The translations under genes were made by a program, and so were the position numbers. A stretch of DNA of 64,000 nucleotides, taken from the NCBI GenBank assembly GCA_010093815.1, contig ML996590.1; one strand, written 5' to 3'. Positions 24,422 to 37,730 of this stretch are shown piece after piece. Each line of letters begins with the position of its first letter. The first letter of the stretch is position 1. Source of the stretch: Pseudovirgaria hyperparasitica (Eukaryota). The notes beneath the pieces were generated by a model. It saw only the letters and a program-made list of their open reading frames with translations, had not been told where the DNA came from and did not search any database.

Positions 24422-25014
24422 ATGGGGTTTTTCGCTCACAAACACGGCTGTAAAGAAAGTCGCGGGAGCAGCTGCAGCCCAGGCGCTTTTTCAATCCTTT
24501 CAAGAGTAAGTTAATATGTTCATTTCTGATATACCATGTATAGCGTGAGCAAGCTTACATCTCATAGATTGGCAATTGATGGAGAGTTCTCCGATTTAAT
24601 GATCGTATGCCCCGGGCGATACTTCCCAACTCATCGGATAGTGTGTTTTGCACATTCGAAGGTCTTTCGAAAAATGTGCATGTCAGGATTTGAGGTAAAG
24701 TACGCGGACTTGTTGAGGTTCAGATACCTACTTATCATCAACAGGAGCAAGATACAAGAACCATAAGATTGATAGACGATGATCCTGAAATCGTTGCCAA
24801 GATGATTGGATTTATGTATCAGCTCGATTATAACGATAAGTCGTATGAGGAGGATTGGATGCGAGGATCTGTTTTAGGTGTGCTTCTGTTGGTCGAACAG
24901 CAGAGTGCTACAAGTGAACAAGAGACTGGGATCAGACCTACGACTGAAGCAGCGGGCGGGTACGACACGCAAAACAATCAGGAGACGCGAACACTATTGC
25001 AAGCTTTGCAATGA
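24422..25014 (+). pseudogene. BTB/POZ domain protein, 3' part degenerate
   Basis: GEFSDLMIVC...FPTHRIVC...SKVFRKMCMSGFE | intron | EQDTRTIRLIDDDPEIVAKMIGFMYQLDY; early stop at 25014. Confidence 0.75.
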
Positions 25015-25987
25015 GCAATTCTAAACGACAAATAATCTGATCAAACACCAGCAAAGTAGACACGCTGACTTGCGGTTTCGGTGCGAAATATGTAGAGAGT
25101 GTGTCTACACTAGCCGCGGGAACATAGTGAAGCATTAGAGATTGTATCATAAGACTTCGTAGAGGGCATGACGCTAAGGTTTCGGAGGTACTACACCCGT
25201 AGAAGTACTACTTGTTGTTCGAGGGTGTTGTTGGCGAGATGTCGAATATTATTCATACGTAAACGACGAAATCTTAAGGCTTAGATGACCGAGGTCTGTA
25301 GACTGGTGTTGTCGCCTTGGAGATCCTGGCGAGAAACATAATCAAGGAAACATTGAAAGGAGCTATGCAGCTTCTCTAAAGGACTAGAACAATTTATGCA
25401 ACAGATAAGCACCGAGGCTCAAATTAGGGTCTCGTTTCTCTAGAAATGGATTTTTCATAAGATGTCTGGAAGTGTGGGTACATGCAAAATTGCGATGCGT
25501 AATGTGTCAAGCTACTTTATTTTGTCATACTGTCCTGTGACGTCCAGATATCCTGTTGTCCAATTGTTCTGTCCCTATGGTGACCAAGTGTCCCGAAGCG
25601 GGCGCTTGAGAGATCAACAACAGATTGTTGAATACAGCGACATTGGAGGAAATGTCACGATACCAACATGGTGTTGAGCTATTGGGCTTTGGCATGTGGT
25701 CTTGGCTCATGTGATAGCGCGACCCCTTTATCCAAAGGCGTCGCCTACGTTTCTTCCACTTCTTTTTGGTGTACTATGTTTTGTATCTTAACTTGAATAC
25801 TTCTAGAGGCCCAATGCACGGGTTCTCCTTTCTCAAGCGTCACTGCTGACTTCCCTCGCACGTGAACTTTAACAGGAAACAGGATTTGCACGTAATGGGG
25901 CAGCATACTGCATGTAGGCTGGCCCCTGCACGTTTGGCTGCGTGCAACTGTGATTGGTCTGCAAGGTCGAAGCTAGGAAGGTTAGGG

Positions 25988-26040
25988 TCCTCTGCACGCA
26001 GCCAGTCCTCTGCACGCAGCCAGCCCTCTGCACGCAGCCC
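25988..26040 (+). repeat. 17-bp tandem repeat CCTCTGCACGCAGCCAG x3
   Basis: Directly visible. Confidence 0.9.
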
Positions 26041-26952
26041 ATCCTGGTGTACGCAGCCAAGCGTGGTGATTGGTCTGAAATTGAAAACCAGGAAAGTAGT
26101 TTTGATATGGTCATTGAAAGTAGTGCGGCACAGTACAGCCTACGGGAACAGCTTCCTCTAATAATAGTCTGCCCAACTGAGTACCACACTATATCCAGTT
26201 ATCGCGACAAATCATAAGTAAGATGAAAATGCTAAGCACTGTGCCGCTTAGTATTCTGTTCGAATATTGCACTATTTGCCTAGGATATAAGCAGGAGTAG
26301 ATGCTACCCTGGTGTCTTAGGCATGTTACCGTGCTTCATCATAATACAGCTGCTATCTTTAAATCCTATTGGTCCAGTGCTTGTTGTTGGCGCTACTTTA
26401 GAGATTTTTCTGATACCAATTACAGTCCTAACTGGTCAGATCGCTTAGATCAAAAAAGAAAGAATGCTCGTCAACGTTACAATTGATCTAAGAAGCTTGG
26501 CACATTCGGGAGGAGGTACAAAAATGCGACTGACTTGGCCTTTTGCGCCGTTAGGTTACAGGCGCGTGCTAGAGTCTTAGTCAATCCTCACCAAGAAAGC
26601 TCTGTCGCCTAGATACGAAGACCTCCAACCACACACCAGCGGCACTTAAGATTGATCAATGGCATTCTGAAAATTTGGTTGGACGCAAAGAAACCGGTAG
26701 AAAGAATTGGGATAACAGCTCTACCTACAAGTCCCCGACTCGCCGCAGTTTCGGCTCTAGATGTAGTTTGTAGAAGCCCTGCGGCCATGTTCGCAGCGAC
26801 AGAAATCTACTGATCTCTCAACGCCTCGGTCGATGATCAGCAAATCCATTGACAGGTGTATCAGCTAGCGTACTCTGTGAAGGTTCCTAGATCATTAAGC
26901 ACCTCTCAAGCTACTCGGTCATTAGATCTCGTCAGATCAATCTTGTGAGCGT

Positions 26953-27742
26953 CTAATACAGAATTGCTGGAGATTGAGCCCTATGTGGGCGACTTTGTTC
27001 ACCACGCGTAGGAACAAAGCTATTGATGAGGAGCTGTGGACCACTACCTACGACCCCGCCCGGCGTCGATATATGAGACTGGAGTGTACTATACACTTGC
27101 GGGCAGTTGGTCTGACGGCCTTCGGCGCCAGTACGTCCATCCTCCACTCGAAGCCGTTCTTCTTTTTTCTTGTTCTTGGCTTTCCCTTCTTCGCGAATCT
27201 CTTTGAACTCTGATTCAAATTAGCAGAATGCTATGCAGCTGCATGAAGCTACGCGCGCTTTGTGAGTGTAACGTAGCATCATTGTCATCCATCTAAGTGA
27301 GTCTTAAGACGTACCTTCCGCCGTACGCTTCATGCCATGCGAATGTGTCGTGACATGCACGTTCAAATGGCTCAGGGTTCCGTACGCCTTCTCACAGCCG
27401 TTCCAACTGCAATTGTATATGCGCTCGATTTCGTCATAGCGCCTGCGTGGGCGTTTATGATGTTGAACGCCTCCATGGGGCACTGGTGGGTAGATATTCG
27501 ACATCAGGTGGTTTTCCTAACCGTGAAATGAGTAGATAACATCATGTGTAAGCGGGTGCATATGTCATTGCAGGCGTCCTTGGTGCCGATGATGCAGGGT
27601 ATGGACTGAACCGATGAGGACCAGGCGACCACTGTCCACCGAAATCAAATTGACTACCCCCATGATCACCCATATTTGGGTGAGGTGTATAAGGAGAATA
27701 CCTCTGATACGGAGGGAAGGTGGGTCTGACTGAGGAACCCAT
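26953..27742 (-). CDS. con7: Con7-like C2H2 transcription factor, short divergent paralog (5' frame uncertain, possibly a pseudogene)
   Basis: KRPRRRYDEIERIYNCSWNGCEKAYGTLSHLNVHVTTHSHGMKRTAE | intron 27314-27210 | EFKEIRE is the Con7 signature; second intron near 27520-27480; upstream Pro/Tyr-rich ORF is in another frame. Confidence 0.75.
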
Positions 27743-28393
27743 TGATACTCAGTAGTCAGAGTCTCTGTTCTCTGTGTGATGGCTCGGACGGGATGATTCG
27801 AACTAAAGCAGTATTTACATGCTGGACGTTGTTCTGAGCTTATCTTCATAGAGAGAGGAAAGAGAGACAGCGTGCCGTAGGGGATTCTATTGCATGTGGC
27901 ACTTTTAACGTGCCGCAAGGTCGTGCACCGTGTTCCGCCAGAAGCCAGTTAGGAATTAGCTCCAATAACTTGCGGGTAATTTAGGAAGTGTGCATATTCG
28001 ATCATTGAAAATATCTACGCGTAATGAACAGACTCTACGGGCCATTGATACACGCTACCAGCTGGTCTGTAGTACAGTCCAATCTATTATTCTCGAGACC
28101 GTGATCAGACATCCTCCAGGGGCAATGAAGCCCTGTGCCGCTGGCAGCCTGAAGCCTTGCTCTCCCATTCGGCGCTGCGCTATTTCGCCCACAATCACAA
28201 GTCGCTCTACTTTTGTGAGATCATGTATTAAAGTTATATCGAGAACCCCTAAGTCCATTGTGTCCGTCTAGTACAATATGTAGCGGCAACTGCCCAAACA
28301 TCTCGATGAAGCATCCGAGTTTGGAAGCGTTCTGAGGGCCAAATGTGAGCATGGATGGTCACAGCCAGTGTTGTAATAGCGGCAGAGCAGCGT

Positions 28394-29406
28394 TCACCCA
28401 GCTTGCAGCGCTCTCAGGACTTTCGTCCGTTCCTGAGAGTAAACTTGGATGTTTGGCAGTTTGATTCCCCCTTTCTTTGTACCAGGCCGCTTCCGTTTCC
28501 GGTTCGGAGATAGGTCGCCGAGGACTGTCCGTGCCCCTCGCAGTTCTGCTCTCTCAAAATCTATCATCGATACTCGTTTCGTGCTCGGATCCCAGAGCAT
28601 ATTTCGAGGCATCGCGTCTCGGTGCAACACGCCAAGCGCGTGTATAGCGTCGATTGACCGACCGGCTTCCGCTATCAGAGCTTCACTGATCTCTTGGGTG
28701 GCGTGCCGTGCCAGGCAGGTGCCACTGTAGCCCATTAGCAGGAAATGGACAAGTTCCACAATACCATCATAGTGGTAGGGCTGGACGAGATCAAGACTGC
28801 CAAGATAACCGGCACATACTGTCCCTGGATCGATCGTAGATGGTCGTGGACCCTTGCTTCATGTTGCAGATGCTTCTTGAAGTGGGCTGGAGTGGCCTTG
28901 GCGACAACAGTGTATCCGTGCGATGACAGTCGGATGCGAAAGAGCACGCCGCGTGCACCGTGTGCTCTCAAGCAGTCCACGTTATAATCGAGGCTCCGGC
29001 TGAGTTGCAGAAACTGTGTTGATCGGAAGTGCCGCTCGAACGCAAAGGTCGAGCTGATCAGATCCGCCCATATCTCTTCCTGTTCTTTCCCAAAACCGTT
29101 CCACCGTTGTATTCGATCCGGTCAGGTCTTCCGGTCTGCATTGCCGGCGTCACCTTGAGTCGAAAGCGAGGAAGCGGTCTGGACGGTCAGGCCGAGCGAC
29201 AGGTGGATGTGACAGCTGTGAAGCAGTTCTGGGAGGGTAGTCTGGCGAGTTCGTTGTTCGACATCGTCTCGTGCGCGCTCTGCCTCCTCTTGTGCGCGTT
29301 CATCCTCCTCTTGTTCGCGTTCAGCCTCTTCTTATGGGCGCTCTGCTTGCCTTCGTCGTTGCTGTTCCTCTTCGTAGAGCTTCTTGTAGTCTGGAGACTG
29401 CTTCAT
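28394..29406 (-). pseudogene. spok: Spok (spore-killer)-family homolog: coiled-coil N-terminus joined directly to the kinase-like domain
   Basis: DYKKLYEEEQQRR...RQTTLPELLHSCHIHL...PDRIQRWNGF, then GARGVLFRIRLSSHGYTVVAKAT...LQHEARVHDHLRSIQGQYVPV...LLMGYSG...GVLHRDAMPRNMLWD...IDFERA; two nonsense codons and one frameshift (~28808). Confidence 0.8.
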
Positions 29407-30129
29407 CGCGCGTTACGAGGGCGGCATAGCCACGTTCTGTGACGTAGTTTGGTCAGTGTACGGTCAAAGTCAAATGTTGTCACCAAGTCCCTCTTCCGAA
29501 GCTTTGCCGTTTCTGATCAGCACGCTAGCACACGTGCGCTACCTCGAGACCCACCGCGCCACTCTAACGTCCACACGACCAAATTAAGATGGGACCCCCA
29601 TGTACCTACCTAGCTAGAGCCGACGTTTAAAAGGAAAAAAGAAAAACGGAAGTCGAATCGAACCTCGGAACCACCAGCGGCTGCCTGCAATGGCAGTCGC
29701 GTCAACGAACGCGCGCGACGCGTCAAGCACCCCTTCACCAACACCACGGCAAACAAGCAGCCGTACAGTGACAACAACTACACGCGGCATCGAAGCAAAC
29801 AAAACTCTCGGTACCTCTCTAGGAGCGCCGCGCAAACCCTTGACGTCTGTCCAGTCACGTACAACCGCGTTTGAAGAACATCTCGCACCGCAGAATGGAG
29901 GATCAAAGGGAATGGTCGCCAAGTTAGACACGCTGCTGAGGTTGGCCACCCCGGAAGAGAACGCAAGAGTGGCAGATACTCAGAAGACTCAGGAGTATTT
30001 TGATCGGAAGCTGGACGAGCTGTTGCGGTTTTGGCACGATAGATTTGAAGAGCGTAAGAGCGGTTGTCGCACGGGCCCTCTTCTAGCGCTCGCTTCTCCC
30101 GGAAGCCGCGCCTGAACAAGCGAAAGCAT

Positions 30130-30662
30130 ACAGTTGAATCTCCTCGCTGAAGTTTTATGAGGAGCAGCTTCTACAGTTTTTGTTCAAGACAGCAGAGTCA
30201 CAGGACTCCTCAATAACGTTTTTGGTTTTATATTGCGAATACTCTGCACATCGTACGCGTCTTACGTATGTCCATATCTGGTGCCATACATTTCATCAAT
30301 ACTAATATTAGAGTAACAGGGCTGACTCGATACGTGCTAGAGACCGTATGGTCAATGGCTGTAGATATCCGTGTCTCTCATATCCCGAGATCTATATATT
30401 AGACGGTGGTTACAGCTTATTCTTCACTTTGCATCAGGAACGATGTCTTCCACAGTGCTATATAAAGATGGACTCTGAGGAGTATGAAGCAGCCTGTGAA
30501 AGGGGTATTGACAAGCTCTGCGATAGCCATAAACTACACTGCGCCTGGGTCTTTAAACCTGGTAAAGCTGGCTTTCAAGACAGTCTGACGAAAGGGGAAA
30601 AACCACGAGAGAAGTTTGTTAAGGTCCTGCTCTCGCCTGGGCTCACAGATCTAAGTCAATAG
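30130..30662 (+). pseudogene. cdc25: Cdc25/NimT M-phase inducer phosphatase, catalytic-domain fragment
   Basis: LVLYCEYSAHR (CX5R active-site loop), intron, then RARDRMVN..YPCLSYPEIYILDGGYSLFF...CLPQCYIKM. Confidence 0.85.
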
Positions 30663-31668
30663 TGCTGCTCGTCCCAAGTTACATAAGCCGTCGAAGCAGA
30701 CTAGGCGTGTACTTACCTGCCAGATTTTACTATAGACTGACTAGCTGAGACAGTCTACTCACAAAAGCCATGTCTGTTCAAAGACAGTCAAGTATAACCC
30801 TAAACTGGAGGTTCTGGCAGACGAGCAGATCTGACATATAACAGAATCGACCAGTACCGCGTACGATATGACAATTGGGGCTGGAGTAGAAGGGCTAAAT
30901 ATAGCACTGGCGACCCGAAATACTGTACAACTATCTCGAGAACTATAGGAGATAGAATATAAATTCTAGACTTGAAAGGAGATCCTTGTTACGACTACTC
31001 TTACATCTCTACCACGCATACAATCTCCATGTTCTACCTAGTGCAAGGTTCAGCACATGCAGCTAGCTCGAGCTAGATAAAATTATATGTGCCGACGTCT
31101 AGCAAAGCTTCATCGCCAGGCTAGTCGTTCAGTCGGTGGGCTATATAATACGCTTCTTATAACCTATAGGTCGCTGACGTGAGCAGATCCCTCGATTCAA
31201 GTAGCCAAGACGTAGGGGCTAGATTCGCACAGCCCGCAGATTCCCCGATGAGGCTTGCGCTGTCTAAAACGGTATATTACACCCTGGGAAGCTCAACTCA
31301 AGAAATTCGTAGGCTCTGGCTTTGAATTAGGATTTGAGCACCGCGAAGACAGACCTTGGACTGCAGCTCTCGGGATAGACTGTTCATACGCCAATCTACT
31401 GTGCATTGTAATCCTAAGTAAACTGCTTAAATACAGTGGATGTTATCGGTCTCTAAAAGTAAGCCGTCGGTAGTCACAATTCCTTAATTTAGAGATTATA
31501 GGCTACGCAGAAGGTTTACGCAGCTAAGATTAAGCGTGAGTATAGCTTAGACCCTTAGCTGCCTATCCCGAGGGTGTCATGTTCAGGCTGATGTTGTGGA
31601 ATTTATTATCTGGTGTTGAAATTCTACATCTCGTTATACAGGGAATCTCGCGACGTAGGGAGGGACGT

Positions 31669-32028
31669 TAGTAAGATGAAGGCGCTGATCATCTGGGAGA
31701 ATGTACTAACAAGGCCAACAGGACCAGAATTACCCCATTCCGATTCGCGTAACGCCAAAACTATTCGAGACTTGCCCCCGTTCCAAGAAGTTGAAATTGG
31801 TTCAGAGAAGAGATAGGGTAGCCGATGATGTGATTGTGACAGAGGGATGATAGGCTATGTACAATACAGATCATTCCACGAACAGTACGCGAGTAGTCCG
31901 CGTGACGTACATGACATACCATTTGAGGTCCGCATCACCATGAATTTGGGAAACAAATGTATGAGCAGCAAGATCTCCGAGAGATTTCGCACAGCCCGTC
32001 ATAGCTATAAAGCCCAGGGCATCCGGAT
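31669..32028 (+). repeat. ~360-bp segment duplicated in inverted orientation at 51228-51587
   Basis: Near-identical by eye; the ORF track gives matching peptides (31847+ and 51114-). Confidence 0.9.
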
Positions 32029-32169
32029 CCTATCCTGCCAAGTTGAGGGGCTTGTAAGGCCGTTGTGGCTTATCTTGAGATGTCAAGACAGGAGACCATC
32101 AAGCGACTAGACCACCCTCGAAGATTTTCTACTTCATTACTACCAGGAGGTCTTAATCTTCATGCAAGA

Positions 32170-32316
32170 TGTTGGAAATCGTGGTAAGATCGTTCGTTGA
32201 TTGATTGCCCCTCCTTTCACGTAGAAGTTGGCTTTATTTTATAGACATGATCTCAGGCTCCAAGGCCTCAATCCAATTCTCAAGTCTTATCCGCCGATGT
32301 CCAGTATCAGCTTGCT
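32170..32316 (+). repeat. Partial copy of the LTR-like repeat
   Basis: Matches the 5' half of 14615-14877 and 37731-37990. Confidence 0.8.
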
Positions 32317-32744
32317 AGCCTGGAATGACTTCTCACACACCCAATCAACATCATTGAGGGGCTACATAGCCTATCCTCGGCCTGCACGCAGTGAAAAGAG
32401 ACCAGCTGCATCAAGGCACCGTACATTAGATCCTGGCTGCATAAAAATCCCAAATCGCAGGAGATGTCCAGAAACGTGAATTAGAGGCCAGTTCTCTTTT
32501 GTTATGCCCTCTCGACAGATACGGCGATTGTAGATATAGGGCAGGGAAAGGTCTAGAAGTACACCTTCGTTCGCAAGATAACGAACGCCAATGCCAGCTG
32601 AGATGCGAGAGAGAAGCCGGTACGAGAATCCAGGACGGTGTTTGGATGGAAGACGCAGGCATTGTATCGAAAGGGTCAGAGGAAAGATGTAAATCGTAAA
32701 GAAGCAACATCCTTGTCAGTCGCAAGTGTTTCAGGTCCATGCAT

Positions 32745-33695
32745 TCACTCGTCAGCAGCGTACACATGTCGGCTGAGAATCTTGTTCATAGTGCACATTT
32801 GTACTCGCTTAGTCTTGAAGACAGCGTGCATACGACCATCACAGCGTATCTGGCGCTTATCACTGGGATCCTGTAGTTCACGCTCTCGGACATATGCCCA
32901 TATCTGCTTCACAACCTGTGGACTTGAGAGCTGAGTTTCGCCCAAAAGCTCAGAGAGAGGTTGGGAGAGGTTAAGAGGCTTCTGCTGGGCTGTTAGTATT
33001 GGTTTATTGTATGTAACCATTTCTATGCGTGTCACTAACATGGAAGCCTCCTGTACGTTTCACCGACTTTTTATCGCCTGAAGCTACATCGCTGTCGTCG
33101 TCGCTGTTCACTTTGGCAGCACTCTTTTTCTTGGCCTTTTTTGCAACCGGTTTCGGCTTCTTGCGATCATTTCCTCTTCTAGTGGAGCAGCCTTGGCCCG
33201 ATTTAGCTCCGCTTGCAGGCGCGCCGCGTATGCTGCATCGTCTTCTTCCTGAGACTGAGATATCCTCTTAATCTTCTTCTTCGGTGGAGGTAACTGCTCC
33301 GTTGATGGCGTCGGGTCTTGTTCGTCGCAGTCATGGGGTTTCGAGCGCTTCTTAGGCAGCGGGCTAGGTTGCTTCCTGTTTTCAGTCTTGATGCAATTCG
33401 TAGCGGGCGGTGGCACCTCGATGCTTGGGGCGGCTATCCATGGCTTCGTTCCGCTCGTTTTGTTTGTCAAACCGCGCGTATATTAAGGCATTGATCGCTT
33501 CCTATGATAGAAGAGCCTGTCGCCAAACTACAGGCATGCCCAGGCGCGTTGCTATACCTTCTGGTCACTTATGTCATATTCGAGCTGAGCCTGGAGCCCT
33601 TTCCGAATTCGCTTGGCAGAGATGGTATTTAGATCAGCGCCTTTGAGGATGCTATCAATGATAGTCACATAGGACGCTTGGGCTTCTGGAGGTAT
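32745..33695 (-). pseudogene. DEK-C + SWIB/MDM2 domain protein (Uaf30/Tri1/Spp27-like), frameshifted
   Basis: IIDSILKGADLNTISAKRIRKGLQ (DEK-C), DDAAYAARLQAE, and GGFH|KPLNLSQPLSELLGETQLSSPQVVKQIWAYVRERELQDPSDKRQIRCD (SWIB); two apparent frameshifts in the linker. Confidence 0.85.
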
Positions 33696-34103
33696 TGGGC
33701 TACTTGCAAGTCATGATATAGGTGGTGAACGATCAAGGTTGTGTAGAGGGTAAATGCAGGGACGGGTTGGGATTGCGACTCAAGAACGCTCCAATGTAAA
33801 GCGCTGGTAAGTTTATGCCCACGAGATGATGATGGTGGGGAGGTATGTAGCAAGCCTTCGTTCGGTGTAGTCGACGTAAGCGGTAGAAGGTATGGTCTAT
33901 ATCGGGGGAACGACCGACCGAACCATGCCCAGTGCCAGAGCTTGGGATTTTGCGGGCTGGCTTCTTTCTTGTATGAGGATGAATCATTGATGGTACTGGC
34001 TCCCCTCGATGCGTGTGGTTACTGAGTATATGTGTCCGAGAGAGAAGGCAAGCGGCGAGTCTCATTACGGCAGACACGTTCCGGTGAGGGATCGCATTGG
34101 GAG

Positions 34104-34138
34104 GCCGCTCTTGGCACCACATTGTTGCCAAGAGCGGC
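34104..34138. repeat. Second copy of the GCCGCTCTTGGCA hairpin
   Basis: GCCGCTCTTGGCA-CCACATTGT-TGCCAAGAGCGGC, followed by TTTACCC as at 13053. Confidence 0.85.
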
Positions 34139-36135
34139 TTTACCCTGGCTGAAGAGCGTCCCGATACAACGCAGCTTCTCTTTCTCCCCCTTTAGTCCAA
34201 TCATGCTTGTAACACGACCATCTTTTGATACTGTTAGGCGGTAGCAATGACCTGTGAAGCTCAACTATCTAAATCATTCGGTGGATGAGATGATGTCAGA
34301 CATTCACTGAGATTTGATTACGATGTTATGCTTGGTAAGAATACTATAAATTTGGGTTACGAAGCAGAAATCAGCATCGATTGTAGCAATCAACTATGCC
34401 GAAGCCATCAATCACAGATTTCAGACTGAAATATTGTATACTTTTGAACCCTAAGTGAACCCTTTCGCCCAGCAGCTCTTCATATAGCTCAAGGGGGGGG
34501 TTCCGGTGATAGTAGATGGGGTTAGGGACAAACACCACGATCGCTGACTGCACCCATGGCCGCTGCCAGGGCAAGGTCGACTCTTACTTGATACCGGACA
34601 TACACGCTGTAGTGATGACCTGACGAGCCTCAAAACCCGAACAGAAAGTAGTCTCACACTATGCCACTACTGTATACGAACTGTATACCGTGATGAAGTT
34701 AAGGAGTGGTAAATGCACCGATATCGAACGAAGGGCAGTAGCATCTGAGTAGCCGCACGTCCAAGCCCTCAACGCTGGGCCGTCAAGAGCCCACAAATTA
34801 CAGGTGATTGAATTGGCCCCATCTCAACCCTTACCGAAAGCTGAGAGGTCTATGCAGTGATACGGATGACACTCTCTTGGCCCCGTAATCCCATCCGCTT
34901 ATTATAACACAAGTATTATCGGCCCTCATGCGCCATAACCATCGCCAACCCTGCGACGCAGCGAGCATAGTAACTTAGTAGCCAGCCTGATTATGCGTGC
35001 TCGCCACTCCTAGTCTTTGCGGTTCACATCAGCACTGGCGAGGCTTACCCCAGGCCGATTGTCGAGATAATTCTTAATCTCCGGTCTTACACCGTGACGG
35101 TTCCTGTCTTCAGATCTAGAGGTGAGAAGATAACCAGACCGCAATTGCACTGAGATAGCACTGACCTGACCCTGGACATAGACACATCATTTTCGGAAAC
35201 ATCTCGCCATGGAGGATATAACAGCGTCAAATAAGCTCTGTGGACTGAATTTCGAGGACACGACTCGAGAAACCCACCTGAAAACTGCTCATCAGCAGGA
35301 TTCTTGCCCTCCTTATCTATCAGAACTTCTTATCACCCTGCTTGGGCATACCGATCGGACGCATAAGCTGCTGGATTTACTCTCTACCAATTTGGCAGAA
35401 AGTCAGTCTATGCCCCCTTCTCTCCTACGCCGGGTACAAGTGTGGAAGGAAGCCCTAATTCTTAGTCTCTACGATCAATGGAAGGAAGCGGAGACTCTAA
35501 TAATAGAGCTGAATGGATATGTAGGACTATACGAGACGTAAGTCGCTCTTATTTGGCTCACATCCCAGCTATGTCATTACAGGTTGAGGATACAAGATAA
35601 TGTATGCATTAGTGCCTAGCGTCTAGAGACTCGCGACTCATCAAGGGCGGCGGAAATATATCTGGTGCTTGGGCTGGAGCACTGACCCGGGTCATAGGAA
35701 TTGGTAGCAGATATGATAAAGATCTCTATGTGTCGTTGACCATAAACCTATTCACGAGGTAGATATCTCGTCAATAAAATTACATAGCACCAGAAACGTT
35801 CCAAGCCGACCACGGTATAGTATGGGCCGCAATCATACAAGAATCCTTGCCGAAAGGAACAGTGCAATTCCGGACTCGCTCAAGTAGATACGTCATATCA
35901 TGAAAACCCGCACGAAGACTGCATCCCGATCAATCAGAACTCTTCTCGGAGCCTGACCCACCAGTCGTTTGCGCACTGTACAACAAAAAATGGATGTGGA
36001 TCCATACACTGAAGGCCTGTGCCGCTTCCGAGCCCGAACACATAACGATCGATCAAGACCGCTTCTGTCTGACCGGTCGCAGCAAGCCACACATGCATCC
36101 TTGATACACAACCCCCTCTGAGCACTCACTCCTTG

Positions 36136-36330
36136 TCAATCTTGCACGTTGGTCTCGTTTATTGTAGAGAGTGTGTTGAGAATGGTGAGAAGGCCATCCA
36201 GCCCGCTTAATAGTATTCTTAGAGTCTTAGCACGCTCTTTGTAGCGTTGGACAATCTTGTATAGCGATTTTGTTGATGCGATGGCAGCTGTGGCTATTGC
36301 AACTATCGAAGATCCAGAGCGCAAGGCATG
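36136..36330 (-). pseudogene. HeLo-like/SesA-type fungal N-terminal domain fragment
   Basis: SIVAIATAAIASTKSLYKIVQRYKERAKTLRILLSGLDGLLTILNTL resembles the start of HeLo-like (STAND N-terminal) domains; truncated. Confidence 0.6.
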
Positions 36331-36490
36331 CCGTCAAGATCTAAAGCAGTAGCGAGAGTCTCACGGTAGTAATGAACTAGATAGTAGCCGGCAGATAGGG
36401 ACGAGCGGATTATTAGTCAAGAGACACAGAAGACACAGAAGACACTGACCAAGATACTATCGAGAATTCGTCCATCGGGAAAGACGATGC

Positions 36491-37276
36491 TTATATAGTC
36501 ATGATACGATCGAATGTAACCTTGATAAAGGGGCGCCATTCGTGTATGAAGGTCTTTAATGCTGAGAGATCTTCAGTTTCGCTCGCTTTACTGATGACTC
36601 TAAGCTTGGTAGTGAAAGTAGCGTAAATAAAGATCGTCCAATCCTTCACAGCTCTGCTACTCTCTGGAAAACTCCAGACAATCTCGCTCCAGATTTCTCT
36701 TTCAGGACCATCGATCCGCGCGTGACAATAGTACTTGTAATGTCTCTGGGCAGTTTGCACTGCATCTAGTGTCAAGAGTCTTTTAGCTATTTGCGTCGAG
36801 AACTCGGTTTTATCGACGGTGTTTCGAAATTTGTAATCCGTCACTAAGAGTAGGTTGGCGAGAGTCAGCGCTTGATTTAGTAAGCTTTCAGCCCCGAGAA
36901 AGTCTGCGGTCGGTATGATTCGGAGAATCTCAAAGTCCTCTCGTGATTGCCAGAATTTGAGTTTTGGAGGAAGGGTAATCCCGTCCACGTAGTGGCCCAG
37001 AGCCCATTCCAAGATGATAGACATAGTATTATGATCAACCTAGTGCTATCAGTGAGTCGTACGAGGGAATTGTCGATTTTGGGTACATGGGAGAGCACAA
37101 ATGGCTCACTAGTCAAGCCTAGGTCATCTAGGAAGTCTCGAAATAAGAGGGCAAAACCAAGACGGTCGGGCGCTACAATTCAAACTGTGTAGTTCTAGCA
37201 TTTACAGAGCATATTATGAGAACGTACCGACTTCAAAAGACTTTTCATCGCTAGTCAAGATAATACATTTATCCAT
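36491..37276 (-). CDS. Divergent Skp1/BTB-POZ-like protein, multi-exon
   Basis: MDKCIILTSDEKSFEV, LFRDFLDDLGLTSEPFVL, IILEWALGH and EILRIIPTADFLGAESLLNQA follow the Skp1 motif order; exon joins not fully resolved. Confidence 0.55.
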
Positions 37277-37730
37277 ATTGTAAGTATTTGCGACAAAGCT
37301 GGAGGTGATTTATCGGTAGTCGAAGCGGGGAAAAATCTCTCCGTTATCCTATGGGCGGTCAAGTTTTAAGGCGACTCTTGGCATTTCGACTATGGATGCA
37401 GGATCCGTCTGTAACAGATCCTCTATAAGAAATTTACTATAAGAAGCTTTTCCTGGGATAACTACTTCAATTCTTTGATTTAGAACCCAAGAGTATGAAC
37501 AGACCAAGCTGCCGCTCGGCCTCCATCGTCGTTTGTCCTTTCCTTGTGGTGGGAAAATATTTTCTTGACGGGTCAGTCAAGTATTTTTTCTGAAAGTTGT
37601 ACAGCCGAAGTTAGATCGTATGCTCCGGGTGCATGCTTCAAAATTCCTTGAGAGAATCTCCGCCGTGTAGGTTACAACACAACACGCGCCATCCAAGCTG
37701 TCCTTGGATCCACGTTTTCGATATCTGAGA

